DNA of 63,617 nucleotides, the filler included, from Asterionella formosa (Eukaryota), in the NCBI GenBank assembly GCA_002256025.1. It is 20 parts of 20 records of this genome, joined end to end, with 100 filler letters (N's around TTAATTAATTAA, not from the genome) between each part and the next. Parts side by side here need not be neighbours in the genome. Positions count along the whole stretch, not along the records: positions 51,765 to 52,993 come from NKIB01003539.1; positions 53,094 to 54,322 come from NKIB01003541.1; positions 54,423 to 55,651 come from NKIB01003542.1; positions 55,752 to 56,980 come from NKIB01003543.1; positions 57,081 to 58,309 come from NKIB01003544.1; positions 58,410 to 59,634 come from NKIB01003546.1; positions 59,735 to 60,962 come from NKIB01003547.1; positions 61,063 to 62,290 come from NKIB01003548.1; 12 more parts are not named here. One strand, given 5' to 3'. Of this stretch, positions 51,765-63,547 are shown piece by piece. The notes beneath the pieces were generated by a model, which made no database searches, had not been told where the DNA came from, and saw only the letters and a list, made by a program, of their open reading frames with translations. A program made the position numbers and the translations under genes. How positions within the stretch are numbered: position 1 is the first letter of the stretch; every line of letters starts with the position of its first letter.

Positions 51765-52480
51765 TGTCTGGTATTGTTGAGATGATCATATTTGCATATA
51801 GATAATTCGAAAATGTTCAATGCACAATATGTCCGTTGCTTTCCACAACTTCGTGTACCGGTACTGTTTCTGAAAAAAAATTTGCATCAATATTTTCTAC
51901 GTCCATTGGAACTAATTATTTAGACCATTCAATTGGTGTAAGTCACAACCCGCCCATTTGTATCATTATTTAAATGCAAGGATTCTGGTAGCTAATTATT
52001 TAAGCCCCTTTTTGGCGGGAGTTCTTCATGTGTACATCATATGATCATAACATTTTATTATATATACATACAGAGTACCAGTAGCAGGTAGGAAATGATA
52101 TACTGGGGGTAGTCAGAGTAGTAAGCGAGCAATAGAGGAATTTCATAAGTTCACGACTGTTGCTACTGCAGTGGGAAAGTAAAGTATCAAAGTTTCAGGA
52201 TTGTATGATTGTAAAATTGAAAGGGGGTAGTTCAGGACAGTTGCTACTGTAGTGGGACAGTAAATCATCATAGTTTCAGGATTGTACAATTGTAAAATTG
52301 AAAGCAAGATATGCTAGTACTCAAACTCAGTTCTGATTTTGTATATGATAATGTAAATAGCACTATTGGTCTTATGGTATCATATCTAGACAACGTAAAA
52401 TATTACATGTAGTGGCTGATGATTTATTTCATTGTAGCAACACCTGATTTTAAGATCATTGAACTTAAGACAACAGTTAT
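51765..52480 (+). mobile_element. Copy of the 28.8-29.9 kb segment of the large element with a contracted array
   Basis: Colinear similarity; only about 2 array units. Confidence 0.85.
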
Positions 52481-53093
52481 TGCTCTTCTGGGCCGCAACC
52501 TTAGTACTGGTAGCTAATTCTCTTGCTCATTATCTATTTGTTACCTGGTTACCTGTATCAGGTACCTGGAACCAGGGGTACTTACCAAAAGTAAAATACA
52601 CTTTTCTAACATAGGTCTACGGTGTTGCAAGCATAAAAATATATAAGGAAAAAGTTCCTTGGCAGCGTGCAATAGACATGTAATCCACTGATGATTGACA
52701 CCACCATGATGATGAGTCAAAAATCTGTTATTATTTTCTACTTCTGCAGCTACTACCAGGAATAAAGTACAGTACCTGGTACCAGTAGTAAACAATAGCA
52801 CGTAGCCGATACATTTACAGGAGTGTATGAAATACATGGAGCAACATTGAATGAATGGTTCTCTTCGCTCCCAAGCAGTGTGCAGTCCAAATGCTATGAT
52901 GGAATCCGCAAGCGAGACCATGATGAGTCACTTTTCTACTCAGTCATTTTCGAGTACCAGGTATTAATAATACATTTAGCTATCATAATGATGNNNNNNN
53001 NNNNNNNNNNNNNNNNNNNNNNNNNNNNNNNNNNNNNTTAATTAATTAANNNNNNNNNNNNNNNNNNNNNNNNNNNNNNNNNNNNNNNNNNNN

Positions 53094-53910
53094 GTCACTC
53101 AAGACTGCAATGTTATATGTTGAGGATGCAGATGCCCAGCTAGCAATTGCCCACATACACAACAATCATTTAAACAAAGTGCGTACATTCAAGTCTATAT
53201 TTGTCAAGGTGACTACAGCTACACTAGTATTAAACCTACCATCGGTGGTTTTTCAGTGCGAAATTTCGGAGCTTTCTACAAGGTATGTACATGATCGATT
53301 GAATGTCCCAAGGTCACACCCAAGCTCCTTCAGTCCTGCGCACATCTGTACCCTTGCTATGAGCTACGTACGGCCGCAGAATGCCAATGAACAGCTCGAG
53401 TTATTTTTGAACGAGCTAGCTACCCCTCGTGCAGAAAAATTACGCAGCCTGATCAACATTGTGGTACATGCACGAGTTATGAAGAATGAAGAAAATCGGA
53501 TGTATTCTAATGCTATTGCTGCTACTACAAGTTATCAAGATTCAACAAAGGAAAATGGTTCTACTAACACAGTTTATGCAATTGGAATAACGGATGCTGC
53601 TACCATCCCCACAGCACCAAAGAAAAACCGGAAAAGTGGGTCCATAGAATTTGACGAGATTTTTGAGGTTGCAAAAACGAAAAATTCTCATGAGAAGCTT
53701 GAGTTGATCTTGAATCTTGCAAGAAAAATGGAGCGTCTCCTCCACTCAGATGTCACTGAAAGGATGCGACTCTTTGATGTAAAATTCATCAAGCCGATCA
53801 TCGCATGCTTCCTGAATCATTGCGACAGCAACAAAGACACTTTCCACAGTCTCCATCCCCAGTTCCTCCACTCAAAATTCTCCAAAGGTTGCGGATGTAG
53901 CAAAGGTTGA
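53094..53910 (+). CDS. Partial ORF of unknown function, possibly TE-derived
   Basis: Open for at least 266 codons, ending in a Cys/His cluster (CFLNHC...HPQFLHSKFSKGCGC). Confidence 0.4.
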
Positions 53911-54422
53911 TTGTAGAGTAAATTGGTTAGTAAAACAAAAGAAATTGCATGTTAGCGATAGCAAGAACCAGTGACCGCTTTCAATCATCACATTTGGTGA
54001 GTTTGCTGTTTATTTGCATTTCTGTGTGGTGATGTGCAAGATGCAACGTTGGAGATGAATATTGAAAAGGTGCACATGCGCAACAATAATATTTCAAAAT
54101 GACTTCGTGACGTCATGTCGCCGCTGCACCACATTGCACCACCATAGACCTACTGGGACTACTACCGGTATGTCTGTATTGCGTTGAATACTCCTGTACC
54201 AGGTACCAGGTACTCCTACTGGTAGAATGCAAACCGGAAGGCCTGAGCAATGATACAATGTTTCTTCCAGATGACGAAAAAATGCATCAATCTTCTTAAC
54301 AAATATAGCGGGGTTCCGAGGANNNNNNNNNNNNNNNNNNNNNNNNNNNNNNNNNNNNNNNNNNNNTTAATTAATTAANNNNNNNNNNNNNNNNNNNNNN
54401 NNNNNNNNNNNNNNNNNNNNNN

Positions 54423-55651
54423 GCAGCGAAACAGTAAATGAATTTAAGATCATCGAACTTTAAGGAAGACAATGACAACAGTTATCAAGTAGTACAATGT
54501 CTTCAAGAAACCATAAAGAGGTTCATGGAAACAAGCGACCTGTAGCAAATACTGCCGGTATGGAACAAAGAAGCAAGTACCACAATGATTTAACAAAGAA
54601 AAAGCAAATAGGCGATTATCCAAAGGAGCCCAATCGGCGATTGGGAGACGTTGGGGGTAATACCCCATCGTCAATGGGGACACTATCAGCTACTAGTACA
54701 AAGGATCCCGTAATTGATACTGACAGCGATGATGATGTTTCTACTTCAGTTATTGATACAAGAAAATTGGCTCCTGTTGATGATACCATTAATAACTCAC
54801 GGATGCAGGCGCAGATGGACGACATGGTACCATATCATAAATTTTCTAATTGCACGGACCAACAAGTACATGACAAAGTGAGGGAAAAACATTTTGCACT
54901 TGCCAAAGGATCTTATCAATTGGTCAATGAACTCAATCACTACAAAGGTCGTAATTCGGTTCAAAACTCCTCCATACGAGGTTATCAAGACTCTTCAATT
55001 TCAGCTGCCTTCATATCAGAACGTCGTTCCTGCTTACCGCTTAGCTAAAATTGAACCGATCCATCAATTGTCACAAAGGTTGTGAGTTTTATTTGCTTTC
55101 AAGACCAAGAAGTTTTGCTGTGAACATGTAAGTTTGATGTTGTAGTTTGTGAATTGCAGGTACTGTAAAACAGAATGTCAATCAAATGTGCTTTTTTCTG
55201 GTCCCAAAAGAGAATCAAACATCCCGCCCTGCCCATCTGGTCCAAGTAGCATGAAAGGCATTTCCAATCACAAACAGGATTGGTTTGCCGAATGTTGCCT
55301 AACTCGGCTATACACAGTGAAACCGGAGTTAGGCAAAGAAGTGGAGAGTGACCCAGAGCTTGCCGATTTCATATGGAATGGTTCTGATGCACTACTTCCA
55401 ATGAATCAGTCCTTTGAACGTACCAACAAGGCACGTTTAGATTACATCAAATCAACATTTGGTGGCATGCGGCCTGCATTAAAAATTGAGAGAATGTCAG
55501 AATGTATTGAATAATCAATTTAAAGGAATCTTAGGTAAGTTCTTGCAGGGCGGGAGTTGCTCCGAAAGCATGATGTTTTGAGTTGGTGATTATATTCTTA
55601 TCAAATATGATTCAATTTAAAATTGCTAACGTAATTCATGACACACCAGCT
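54423..55651 (+). mobile_element. Copy of accessory gene A region (29.87-31.06 kb) of the large element
   Basis: ORFs 54497-55048 and 55149-55514 align with 29921-30920. Confidence 0.9.
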
Positions 55652-55752
55652 NNNNNNNNNNNNNNNNNNNNNNNNNNNNNNNNNNNNNNNNNNNNTTAAT
55701 TAATTAANNNNNNNNNNNNNNNNNNNNNNNNNNNNNNNNNNNNNNNNNNNNA

Positions 55753-56980
55753 ATGTTAAATACACTTGAAGAAAACAAAACATTTTACACTGAACGTCAA
55801 TTTCAGAGAGCTAAGCGAGCTCGTGATCTATTTCATGCCTTGGGTACACCATCAATTAATGATTTCAAGGCAATAATTCGTATGAATACGATCAACAATA
55901 ATCCAGTGACTACCGATGATATCAAAATTGCAGAGAAAATTTTTGGACCTGACATCAGAACACTAAAAGGCAAGACAACTCGTCGCAAGCCGCTGCCAGT
56001 CGTGAACGACTACATCGAGATTCCTAAGGAGCTTATCCAAGCTCAACGTGAAGTGACTCTTTGCATGGATGGAATGAAAGTCAATGGACAATCATTTCTC
56101 ACAACAATTTCTCGAAACATTATGTATAGGACAGCGCAATGGGTCAAGAATCAGACAGCTGAAGTCTATCGAGATGCTTTGATTCAGGTATTCCGTGTTT
56201 ATAATACCAGAGGATTTAAAATTACAACAATCCACTGTGACAACGAGTTTCGACCTTTGATGGAACAAATTTCCAATGAATTTCAAGTCACTATGAACTA
56301 CGCAAACCCACAAGAACATGTTCCCGAAGCGGAGCGAAATAATCGAGTGATTAAAGAACGCGTGCGCGTAGCTTATCATCGATTACCTTTCAAACATTTG
56401 CCGCGACTGATGATTAAGATTCTAGTCACAGAATCTGCAAGGAAACTGAATTTCTTTCCGGCAAAGAACGGGATATCCCCGTATTACAGTCCTTGTATGA
56501 TTTTACATCAACGAAACCTGGACTATGCTCGACATTGCCAGTATACATTTGGCACTTATGTCCAAGCACATGAAGAACCTGTGTTTTCAAACACAAATGC
56601 ACCTCGCAGCCTAGATTGCATTTTTCTACGCTACAATGACAATGTGCAAGGAGGTCATGAATTGTTACACCTACCTACAAATTCATTGATCACTAGACGA
56701 ACAATTACTCCTCTACCACTTACCCCAGCAATCATGAATCAAGTACACGCCCTTGCTGTGCAGGAAAATATGCCAGATGGTCTCAAGATAGCAAATCGAA
56801 CGGGGCAACTATTTTATGATAGTGCTTGGATTGCAGGAGTGGATTATGATAATGAAGCATTTGAAGATGCACAAGATGAAGATTATGAAGATCAAGATGC
56901 TAGTGACAACGAAAGCAATGATGAAATTCTCGGAGAAGAAGACTATGATGAAATGACTCCGGATGAAATATATGAAGCAG
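55753..56980 (+). mobile_element. Ty1/Copia integrase fragment, open frame
   Basis: ARDLFHALGTPS, LCMDGMKVNG, IHCDNEF, EHVPEAERNNRVIKER and FGTYVQAHEE. Confidence 0.92.
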
Positions 56981-57080
56981 NNNNNNNNNNNNNNNNNNNN
57001 NNNNNNNNNNNNNNNNNNNNNNNNTTAATTAATTAANNNNNNNNNNNNNNNNNNNNNNNNNNNNNNNNNNNNNNNNNNNN

Positions 57081-57672
57081 ATCCATTGTCAAGTACTACA
57101 CAAAATTAGTCAAGATTTTCCCAAGAGAAACGACAGAGCAAGGCTGGAAAATGACAAAGTTTCATCAGCAGATGCATACTGTCCGAAATATCGAACGGTT
57201 TGGCAGTCCGCAAGTTTTCAATGGTGGACCAATGGAAAAAAATTTAAAATTCCTTTGCAAGTTACCAGCTAAAACATCTCAAAAACGACATCACCTAATG
57301 GACCTTCAATCTGGACAACGAATTATCGAAAACATTGCCATAGGTGTTGCATGTCGGGAATTTTTGGGAAAAGATCCTTTTGAACATGACGATACAGATT
57401 CGCTCGCCGATGATGGTTCTACTAATGAAACACCAAGCACTGGGACTGACAGTATAAGCACATCTACAGGTGGTGCACGCTTTATCTTAAAGTTACAGGA
57501 AAATAATGGTGGATTCGCTATTGCATCTGTCACTTCCAATTCGGCGACTATAAAGACATCAGGAGTTGACCTTGATTTAATTCGATTTCTAGGAAAGGAA
57601 GTGCTTCCCTTCATAACCAAAAAGTCAATTGAGGTCCTGTGTGAACACAAACGAGATTTTTATGGGAGGTAA
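57081..57672 (+). mobile_element. C-terminal part of a second Plavaka-like transposase family
   Basis: GWKMTKFHQQMHTVRNIERFGSPQVFNGGPMEKNLKFLCKLPAKTSQKR, the same motif as 33870-33990 but highly diverged. Confidence 0.7.
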
Positions 57673-57783
57673 GAAATGAATTGTTATTATCAATATTAGT
57701 ATTATTCTCATTTACTATCTAACACTAACGTCATCACAATTGTAATGTTGGTAAGTTCTTGCATATATGCCACCAGTGATTAG

Positions 57784-58309
57784 GGTACGAAACGACCTGG
57801 GGAAGGCAAAAACTCCAAGTACCGCTAGTATCCCTCCCACAGCCTCTTCAATTAGCGATCTTTCGGGCACTTCACCAGCAACTGAAAGAAGCAGCATTCC
57901 CTTAAGAAATCCAATTCGTGTTGATGGTTCTTTCCCACGGCCACCCAATGTGGCCTCGCTACCAACAAGGGAAGGAAATGTGACACCATCAGAAAATGAA
58001 CTTAATGGAATGTCAGGAAGTTCTATTAAAAGCTTATCGAATCGCTCACAAAGTTCGACTAAAACACCAACTACTTTGAACCAGGTGCAAGTTAACTGGA
58101 AATCATCGTTGGACAAGGATTTTATGAATTGTAAGCGCCAAGGGATGGCTATTCTGGTTATGGAAGCCATGACAAAACGTAAGGAACGTCATTACCTGAC
58201 AGTTCCCAAAGAACACCAAGAGATGTTAAAGGCAAACAACAACTATAAAGCATTCTACCAGATGACTATGGAGGATCTCCATGACAGTGACATTCCTGAG
58301 TATAGGCGA
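57784..58309 (+). CDS. Ser/Thr/Pro-rich multicopy ORF, near-identical to 61635-62160; probably TE accessory
   Basis: Near-identical duplicate in another contig; adjacent to the Plavaka-like fragment. Confidence 0.55.
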
Positions 58310-58409
58310 NNNNNNNNNNNNNNNNNNNNNNNNNNNNNNNNNNNNNNNNNNNNTTAATTAATTAANNNNNNNNNNNNNNNNNNNNNNNNNNNNNNNNNNN
58401 NNNNNNNNN

Positions 58410-59478
58410 TATCGCTCGCTCGTTTCTGCATTTGGCATACTGTACTTGAATTAACTATTGAACTTGTCCGCATCTTTGATACCATCAAGCAAGAGAGCGA
58501 AAGCAAGTGGCTCTTTTCATTGTTGTTTGCTCGTAGGAAGAATTTGATATCTGTATCGTCATTTGCTTGTTGGAATTGTCCGTTGCCTCAAACTTGCTTG
58601 GCGTGTGCGTGCACACACTGTCGACTTGTTTTCAATGGTATGTTGTTCTTTGTATTCACTGTTGAACTTGTCGCGACAAGTGGGTCTCTTCATTGTTGTT
58701 TGCTCCTGAAAAAGTCGGTGTCCGTGTCCGTGTCATCCTCATCAATAGAGAGACAAGTTCTTTCGTTGGAAAAATTGGTACCGTATCATCATTCGCTCGT
58801 TCGAACCACTGTCCGTTGCCTCAAACCTGATTAGCGTTTGAGTACCGGTACCCGGTATGTGCACTGTCGACTTTAGTACATTACAGGCGGAGTGACTTCG
58901 CTACTAAATTGCGTGATATAATAATATACCCTGTAGCACGATGCAGAATACAGTTGCTTCCCAATCATCTCATCATGATTGATAAGATGATACTGTGATA
59001 TCATGATAAGGTTTCATCGATGCATACATCACCGAAGTATGATACGTAATATTGAATAAAGTACATCACATAGCTATGATACATTGATCCTAAAATTATA
59101 ATGATTTTATGAAATGTATATGATATAATTTTGATCAAAATATGATCATGTAAAAATAGTATAATGACAATAAAATACGATAAAATATGTACGCAAGAAG
59201 TGTTATTGATACATCACAGAATATAAATCAAGCAATCATAAAGTATGTTAATTAATATATGTGTTTGTCGTTTAATGTATACAGTTAAAGTCAACAGTTA
59301 ATATGATAGTATTATACAGTGGATAGGATCTAAGTATACGGATGCGTTGATATGTACATCACTATAATATTATTTGTGATATGGATTGATGCATATCACA
59401 TACCGGTATCCTCAACAATCAGCCATCACGTTCATTGTCGTGTCGTCTTTCCTTGTTTTAGCTATACCGGTATATATG
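58410..59478 (-). mobile_element. Inverted copy of the 37.39-38.47 kb segment of the large element
   Basis: Colinear reverse-complement similarity. Confidence 0.85.
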
Positions 59479-59634
59479 CTCAGATCCGTTCCATTGCAAA
59501 TCTTCCTTCAATAGGTCAAACTCGTCATCCTTGAGCATTTGCCTTCCAGTGGCATCGTAGGACTGAAGCGCGTCCAGAAAGATACGCTCCTTTTCGGCTA
59601 CTGTGAGACGAATGAGTTCCCCACTTTCCGGATC
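59479..59634 (-). pseudogene. PGRL1: Fragment of PGR5-like protein 1, truncated by element sequence
   Basis: Manual translation gives DPESGELIRLTVAEKERIFLDALQSYDATGRQMLKDDEFDLLKEDLQWNGSE, matching the PGRL1 motif FLxALQS-Y..G..(M/L)..(D/E)EFDxLKE(D/E)LxWxGS. It then runs into element DNA and a stop. Not in the ORF track. Confidence 0.8.
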
Positions 59635-59734
59635 NNNNNNNNNNNNNNNNNNNNNNNNNNNNNNNNNNNNNNNNNNNNTTAATTAATTAANNNNNNNNNN
59701 NNNNNNNNNNNNNNNNNNNNNNNNNNNNNNNNNN

Positions 59735-60962
59735 ACGAATACGACCGGGACTACGAGCCTGCCGCACATCAACCTATTGACGATTTTAACCCCGCGGATT
59801 TTGATGCCATCGATGATCACGAAGTTGCCGATCTGCTCCATGATGGGCCACACCCTACGGTTTTGGACGATGCACCTCCAGTCGAGCCGAACCCAGGAGA
59901 CCCAAACACGATCGACGTTGATGACGTCGCGCTTGTCTACGATGACTACATACAAAATGAACACAACAACGAAAACCAAGGAGCGCACTTGGAACAAGGA
60001 GCGCCTATGGAAGAGACAGCGACCATTGAAGAAGCCAATCAAGAAGCTGGTTCTGACAACGACTACGAGGTGGCAGATCAAGGAGCGTTGGCAGGAGAAC
60101 ACGGACCACATAATCCCCGACAACGCCGGGTAGCCACAAGTGAACAGTTCAAGCAGGCCATTGATGCACCGCATAGCAACAAGTCATACTTTCCACCAAG
60201 ACAGCTCGTACAACGCGGATTTCGAACAACGATGCCGTACGCAGACGACAACACAAATAAACGTATCTTTGGGTATGTAATGAACCAGATGACCGCGAAG
60301 GCAGGAATAAAGAAACACGGGAAAGCGGCGGAGGCCGCCCTGATGAGAGAATTTGCACAACTAGAGGAGCTGGATGTGTACGAACCCGTAAGCGCGAACT
60401 CCCTTACCAGGGAACAGAGGACGGGAGCGCTCCGAGCCATCAATCTCATCAAAGAGAAGAGAGACGGACGCCTCAAGGGGCGTACAGTAGCCGACGGGAG
60501 ACCGCAGCGATCACTTTATGACAAGTCGCAAACGGCATCTCCAACAGTATCCACCGATGCGCTCATGTTGTCCATCATGATTGATGCACATGAAGGAAGA
60601 GATGTCGCCACAGCAGATGTGGCGGGTGCGTATTTGAAAGCAGATATGGATGATTTCGTTGTTATGAAATTCACTGGTGAATCAGTCAATATATTATGCA
60701 ACATGAATCCAGAGCACACGAATTTTGTGTTCAACGAGAAAGGAAACAAAGTGTTGTACGTCAGGCTAGTGAAAGCGATTTATGGGTGCGTCAAATCTGC
60801 CCTACTATGGTATGATTTATTCCACAACACCCTAAAAGAGATGGGTTTTGTGTTAAACCCTTACGACTCTTGCATTGCTAACTGCACAATCAACGGGAAG
60901 CAGTGCACGATTGCGTGGTATGTAGACGACAACAAGATTTCGCATGTGGACCCGGACGTCGT
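59735..60962 (+). mobile_element. Ty1/Copia RT fragment, same family as 42458-43687
   Basis: DVAGAYLKA, KAIYGCVKSALLWY and WYVDDNKISH. Confidence 0.92.
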
Positions 60963-61062
60963 NNNNNNNNNNNNNNNNNNNNNNNNNNNNNNNNNNNNNN
61001 NNNNNNTTAATTAATTAANNNNNNNNNNNNNNNNNNNNNNNNNNNNNNNNNNNNNNNNNNNN

Positions 61063-61265
61063 CCGTACATGGCAGCCTCTACAGAGCTGCGACAGAAAAT
61101 AATAGGGAAAAACATAGTACCACTATTACCGTACATGGCAGCCTCTACAGAGCTGCGACAGAAAATAATAGGGAAAAACATAGTACCACTATTACCGTAC
61201 ATGGCAGCCTCTACATAGCTGCGACAGAAAATAATAGGGAAAAACATAGTACCACCATAACCGTA
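61063..61265 (+). repeat. 66-bp tandem repeat (at least 3 near-perfect copies, running into the gap)
   Basis: CCGTACATGGCAGCCTCTACAGAGCTGCGACAGAAAATAATAGGGAAAAACATAGTACCACTATTA at 61063, 61129 and 61195. A partial unit plus the downstream ~130 bp also occurs at 45158-45341. Confidence 0.92.
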
Positions 61266-61632
61266 GGTGCTACTTAAAGGTGATGATAAAAGATGTAGAC
61301 GTACTACCTGGTACCGGTAGTAACTCGTCAGCCTGGCTAATTATCGCGCCAGTTAAATTCATAAAAGCAATATTATGATAACTACCGGGTAGTTATCATA
61401 AGAATCAACACATCACGAGCATTGATTGTCTCCAATAGTACTTAGAAGTGCTGTCACTAGTAGCAGATCACAATGATTTTGTTGTTTTAACAAACGACGT
61501 GTTAACTTAACTTTTGCCAAACCACCACCATGTGGGCCAATCGACACAATTCTGCATCGTTGTCTGATACAGACTCCATACCAGACAATCCTGCATCGGA
61601 TGGATACGACGATTATCAACTTGAGGAGTATA

Positions 61633-62290
61633 ATGGTACGAAACGACCTGGGGAAGGCAAAAACTCCAAGTACCGCTAGTATCCCTCCCACAGCCTCTTC
61701 AATTAGCGATCTTTCGGGCACTTCACCAGCAACTGAAAGAAGCAGCATTCCCTTAAAAAATCCAATTCGTGTTGATGGTTCTTTCCCACGGCCACCCAAT
61801 GTGGCCTCGCTACCAACAAGGGAAGGAAATGTGACACCATCAGAAAATGAACTTAATGGAATGTCAGGAAGTTCTATTAAAAGCTTATCGAATCGCTCAC
61901 AAAGTTCGACTAAAACACCAACTACTTTGAACCAGGTGCAAGTTAACTGGAAATCATCGTTGGACAAGGATTTTATGAATTGTAAGCGCCAAGGGATGGC
62001 TATTCTGGTTATGGAAGCCATGACAAAACGTAAGGAACGTCATTACCTGACAGTTCCCAAAGAACACCAAGAGATGTTAAAGGCAAACAACAACTATAAA
62101 GCATTCTACCAGATGACTATGGAGGATCTCCATGACAGTGACATTCCTGAGTATAGGCGACTTGATAAAAAAAGATTCAAGAAATATTTCATTGAGTGCT
62201 ATGCTGAGACATCGGGCAATTTCTCTGCTTACAATATAAGGGAACGAGCTTGCCATACTGAGGAGCTGAACAGAAGATATGCTGCTGCAA
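61633..62290 (+). CDS. Second copy of the Ser/Thr/Pro-rich ORF, with its own ATG (MVRNDLGK); 3' partial
   Basis: Open to the contig end; near-identical to 57784-58309. Confidence 0.55.
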
Positions 62291-62390
62291 NNNNNNNNNN
62301 NNNNNNNNNNNNNNNNNNNNNNNNNNNNNNNNNNTTAATTAATTAANNNNNNNNNNNNNNNNNNNNNNNNNNNNNNNNNNNNNNNNNNNN

Positions 62391-63547
62391 GCAGCTTCAG
62401 TCATCCGAACGACGACGACAACGAAGGCATAAGTGGCACCACGAAAGAATCTCCTGGCAATCACATGTCAACAAACTCAATCACGAGATTGCTTTCGAGA
62501 AGACATACAGAATGTCACACAGAGCATTCAAAAAATCACCTCCATGCTGGAAATTCAGATTGCAGGGAATTATTTCAAATGTGGCACTTCTGAGCCCATA
62601 ATTCCCGAAATTGTGGTAGCCATTGGTTTGCGATGGCTGGCTGGTGGCAGCTACATCGACATTCGTCATGCCTACGGTTTTAGCATTGCTTCACTTTATC
62701 GATGTCGTGATTTATTCATTGATGCTGTACTAAACTGTGAAGAACTCGAAATTATTTTTCCAAAAGAAAAAGAAGAATTTCTCAAATTGGCTTCCAGCTT
62801 TGAATGCAAAAGCTCAGAGGGCATGATGAGAGGATGTGTTGGTGCTATTGACGGCTTCCTTGCCACCATCAACCGCCCGACTATAGTTGAAAGTGGCAAC
62901 AACCCTGGTTCATTTTTTCCGGTCACTACATGACTTATGGAACCAATGTCCAGGCTGTTTGTGATGCTGACTCAAGATTTATTTATTTTGGTGTGATTGC
63001 ACCGGGAAAATGCAGTGACCAAGTAGCTTTTGAACGAAGTTCCATTTTCGATCCAGTTGCAGCATTCAACACAGGTTTTTATCTGGTCGGCGATGCAGCT
63101 TACACATTGTCTGATATAATGCTTGTTCCCTTTGTTGGCTCACAACGTGATGATCCAACACAGGATACATTTAACTTGTCCCTTTAACAGCTGAGGATAA
63201 GAATAGAAATGTCATTTGGTCTTCTTCAGACAAAATGGTGTGTTCTGAAAAAAAACCTATCGACAAGTTTGGAAACATCTGCACGCATTCTTGATTCATG
63301 TGCTCGACTTCATAAATATGTGATTAATGAGAAGATAATTGATAACGAGATTATGGATGATAATCGAATACTTACAGAGATAGTTCCAGTCAGTTTGTCA
63401 CCCCTTGGTTGGGGCTACTTGCCAACTGTGGAACCATTGTGTATATTGCCTGGAAGCTCTGTGATGCGAGATGTGATTCTTACCAGATTGCAAACCTTGG
63501 GCTTGCAACAACCTCCTGTGAATATAGAGAGGAGAAGGAAAGAATAA
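62391..63547 (+). pseudogene. PIF/Harbinger DDE_Tnp_4 transposase, disrupted
   Basis: GLRWLAGGSYIDI, GCVGAIDGFL, NVQAVCDA, APGKCSD, LVGDAAY and RIEMSFGLLQTKW. Frameshift near 62920 and stop at 63185-63187. Confidence 0.9.

Noticed and set aside
61011..61247. ORF with a 22-aa repeat (MFFPIIFCRSSVEAAMYGNSGT)
   Set aside because: Simply the translation of a 66-bp minisatellite.
19802..62390. Regularly spaced TTAATTAATTAA motif
   Set aside because: Artificial six-frame-stop linker inside N runs. Gene neighbourhoods across linkers are meaningless.
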